Shown here one piece after another: positions 60,936 to 64,000 of a stretch of 64,000 bases of DNA (the first letter of the stretch is position 1; each line of letters opens with the position of its first letter). The notes beneath the pieces are model-generated. The model was not told the origin of the DNA and ran no database searches. It saw nothing but the letters and a program-made list of their open reading frames with translations. Position numbers and translations under genes: made by a program. This DNA comes from Chlorokybus atmophyticus (lineage: Eukaryota > Plantae > Mesostigma and Chlorokybus algae), in NCBI GenBank assembly GCA_009103225.1, contig RHPI01001737.1, positions 438,223 through 502,222 on the forward strand, written 5' to 3'.

Positions 60936-63900
60936 NNNNNNNNNNNNNNNNNNNNNNNNNNNNNNNNNNNNNNNNNNNNNNNNNNNNNNNNNNNNNNNNN
61001 NNNNNNNNNNNNNNNNNNNNNNNNNNNNNNNNNNNNNNNNNNNNNNNNNNNNNNNNNNNNNNNNNNNNNNNNNNNNNNNNNNNNNNNNNNNNNNNNNNNN
61101 NNNNNNNNNNNNNNNNNNNNNNNNNNNNNNNNNNNNNNNNNNNNNNNNNNNNNNNNNNNNNNNNNNNNNNNNNNNNNNNNNNNNNNNNNNNNNNNNNNNN
61201 NNNNNNNNNNNNNNNNNNNNNNNNNNNNNNNNNNNNNNNNNNNNNNNNNNNNNNNNNNNNNNNNNNNNNNNNNNNNNNNNNNNNNNNNNNNNNNNNNNNN
61301 NNNNNNNNNNNNNNNNNNNNNNNNNNNNNNNNNNNNNNNNNNNNNNNNNNNNNNNNNNNNNNNNNNNNNNNNNNNNNNNNNNNNNNNNNNNNNNNNNNNN
61401 NNNNNNNNNNNNNNNNNNNNNNNNNNNNNNNNNNNNNNNNNNNNNNNNNNNNNNNNNNNNNNNNNNNNNNNNNNNNNNNNNNNNNNNNNNNNNNNNNNNN
61501 NNNNNNNNNNNNNNNNNNNNNNNNNNNNNNNNNNNNNNNNNNNNNNNNNNNNNNNNNNNNNNNNNNNNNNNNNNNNNNNNNNNNNNNNNNNNNNNNNNNN
61601 NNNNNNNNNNNNNNNNNNNNNNNNNNNNNNNNNNNNNNNNNNNNNNNNNNNNNNNNNNNNNNNNNNNNNNNNNNNNNNNNNNNNNNNNNNNNNNNNNNNN
61701 NNNNNNNNNNNNNNNNNNNNNNNNNNNNNNNNNNNNNNNNNNNNNNNNNNNNNNNNNNNNNNNNNNNNNNNNNNNNNNNNNNNNNNNNNNNNNNNNNNNN
61801 NNNNNNNNNNNNNNNNNNNNNNNNNNNNGGGCGGGGGGGGGCGCTCACCATAAGGATTGACAAAGTACATTACAGCGCAAGCAGGACTTGTCAGTCTTGC
61901 TCTGATAAGCTAAGTGCTATCTGGAAAGTGTGTTGTCATCATTGTCATGTGGTCTCTCAGTTGTGATCGCCCTTGTTGCTGATCCTCCCTCTGCTTAACA
62001 GGTCTGCTTATTCCCTACAACACTACCTGTACTCATGTATGCTCTACCCCTTGCGTAGATTGGTCATTGTCATCGTAGAAGTTGTAGTCCGTGCTACCAT
62101 GGCTGCGCGCGTGTTCAGCGGGGGCGGGCAGGCGGTAGATCGTTTCCAAGCGCATCTCAGCAGCGGCAGGCATGTTTTCCAGTCCAACACCATACACCAC
62201 CCGACGTGTCCAATTCATAAGATACTGCTAATCGTGCAGCTCATGGTCTTTAGACGGCCAATCCTGCAGTGCACACCCACCACCACATGACACGGTGTGT
62301 GCCAATCCAACTGACTTGTGCGTCCCTGTGGATAAGCACGCAGGCACACGCATACAAGCACACGCACACATAAATGTATGCGCACGTGCGCTCGAATGCA
62401 ATTGTAGCTGTGTACACACGAGTGCACACGCTCACAAAACAGGCTTGATTTTTGTGGCCGAGTTCGTACCATACGCTTCTCACAATTGTGTGTCGCGTCT
62501 CTTAGTGCAGTGCATGCAACACCGTACACGTATGCTGCTGCATGCGCGCACTCGGGCAGGCCTGTGAACACCGTCGCCGCCGCATCATGTAGCGCACCCA
62601 CCTTGCCGGTTGTTGCACATTCCATCAGAGTTGACCAGATGTTAGCAATGATGGAAGCACAACACAGACACACGCATCACACGAGTAGTCCCGTCATACA
62701 CCACGACAGTCACCTCGTAAAAAGCCACACGCACGCTCAGCGCCTGTGCAATAGCACATGCTATCGCTTTCTGGTTGTCATCAAGATCTGCTTTCAGGAT
62801 CAACTCTTTTGGCGTTCCTCGGTGTCGGAAAAGCACGGCTTGAGAGCTCGACTCGCTCTTTGTGTGAAGTTCTGGCAGCTTTGTATCCAGCATCTCCCTC
62901 ACGTGGACTAATCAATGATTACGTCCTTGTCATCTACGCCCACCTTCTTTGGTGCCGCATCACATTTGCCTGAAGCAAATGTACAGATATCAACTTGTGG
63001 GCGCGCGCATGCGCATGCTGCCCGTGAGCCTGTGAGGGTGCGGACATTTGTGAGTTGCGTGCGTGCACTTGAGACTATACTCAATACAAGTAACCTTCAG
63101 ACATTTGCTTGGACTGAACTCACGCAAGCAGCTGCGTGTCGCATCCCGGTTCTGTGTTGCATCGCATGAGCAGGGCTTCCAGAATATCCATGTAAGTATG
63201 GCCGCGCTCAACATAGTAGGAAGGCGCAGGCCGCCAGAAGTGTTGGTCGAGTGTACTGGTCTCCCGATTCAAAAAGCATCAGTGATGCCTGCACCTCATG
63301 CAAATAGTGTAGATGTAGGACATCTGGACCAACCCACCATGGTTCCCATGAGAATGATTTGGTGCTTCACATGCGTGATGTGTGAGTAGTTGTTACCACT
63401 TCATCTGCTTGCGTGTTTAGGGCCTGCCTTGGCTTGCTGCTGCGTATTGGGCTCAGAGCTGCTGCCAGTACTTGAGCCACCTGTCACAAACCTGTGCACG
63501 TCAACTCAGGCACACCTGCAAGCGTACACACACATGCCTTTGGACTAATACAGCATCCTGGCAGTGACCAAGCAATGCTTCTTGGTGTACAACATGCGGC
63601 ACCTACCAGCTTACAACATGATGCGTGTGCCTACTCATCAACTGCATTTTGACAGTGGGAATTGCGCTCTCGGTGTGTACAAATGTACCTTCTAGATGCG
63701 CGCAAAGGCAACGACATTGCGTTGTGTGGAAATGACTCCCAGCTGGACCTTTCCGCATGCCGCTGCGCGCAGTGTGCTTGAATCCTATATCCCACACAAT
63801 CAGTACTAAGGGCAGTGTTTAATATTACGGAGTGAGAGAGTCGCAGATATGTGCGTGTGGAGAAGCAGCTGCTCCTGTGCATGGATGTACAGGTGTCCAT

Positions 63901-64000
63901 GCACGCACTACTGTGTGCACATTGCTATAGGCAAAGACTCATATGCGTTCACCTATGCGCACGCACGATTGCACGTGTGCGCATAGGTGAACATGCCCAA
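60560..64000 (-). CDS. Probable 3' exons of an unidentified host gene convergent with MOR1
   Basis: Exon-like frames (HFWRPAPSYYVERGHTYMDILEALL; REMLDTKLPELH...AFYE; IWSTLMECATTGKVGALHD; YLMNWTRRVVYGVGLENMP) separated by CA-rich intron-like DNA. Product not recognised. Confidence 0.35.
60866..60935 (+). repeat. (AG)n microsatellite adjacent to an assembly gap
   Basis: Directly visible dinucleotide run. Confidence 0.95.
60936..61827. other. Assembly gap (N run)
   Basis: 892 consecutive N. Confidence 0.99.

Noticed and set aside
60736-61966. Four long ORFs of 330-400 aa
   Set aside because: They consist of the N gap and the (AG)n repeat.

Overview
Eukaryotic nuclear DNA, probably from a green alga (short GT-AG introns, CA/TG-rich introns, standard genetic code, plant-type MOR1). 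Bases 1 to ~47,300 are a dense nest of transposable elements. In order: a Ty3/Gypsy pol remnant with an embedded C5-cytosine methyltransferase; a Ty1/Copia element inserted into it, itself interrupted by a solo LTR and a CACAC-ended (CACTA-like) non-autonomous DNA transposon; DIRS-type tyrosine-recombinase retroelement fragments with a small TRIM; an AcademX-like transposase (DDE + XPG/PIN nuclease + Cys8 finger); and a large Plavaka-transposase element. The most striking signal is the cargo next to the two DNA transposases. Two paralogous spliced genes encode Cys/His zinc-binding domain + Tudor reader + phage/bacterial-type C5 DNA methyltransferase; the copy at 39037-40765 is an intact 520-aa ORF. 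The Plavaka element also appears to carry a spliced gene fusing an OTU deubiquitinase to a RING E3-type finger. Together these suggest a giant DNA transposon with its own chromatin-reading, methylation-writing and ubiquitin-editing toolkit (inference; no searches were run). The host gene MOR1/XMAP215 occupies 49004-60219 (+), followed by an (AG)n tract, an assembly gap and exons of an unidentified minus-strand gene.
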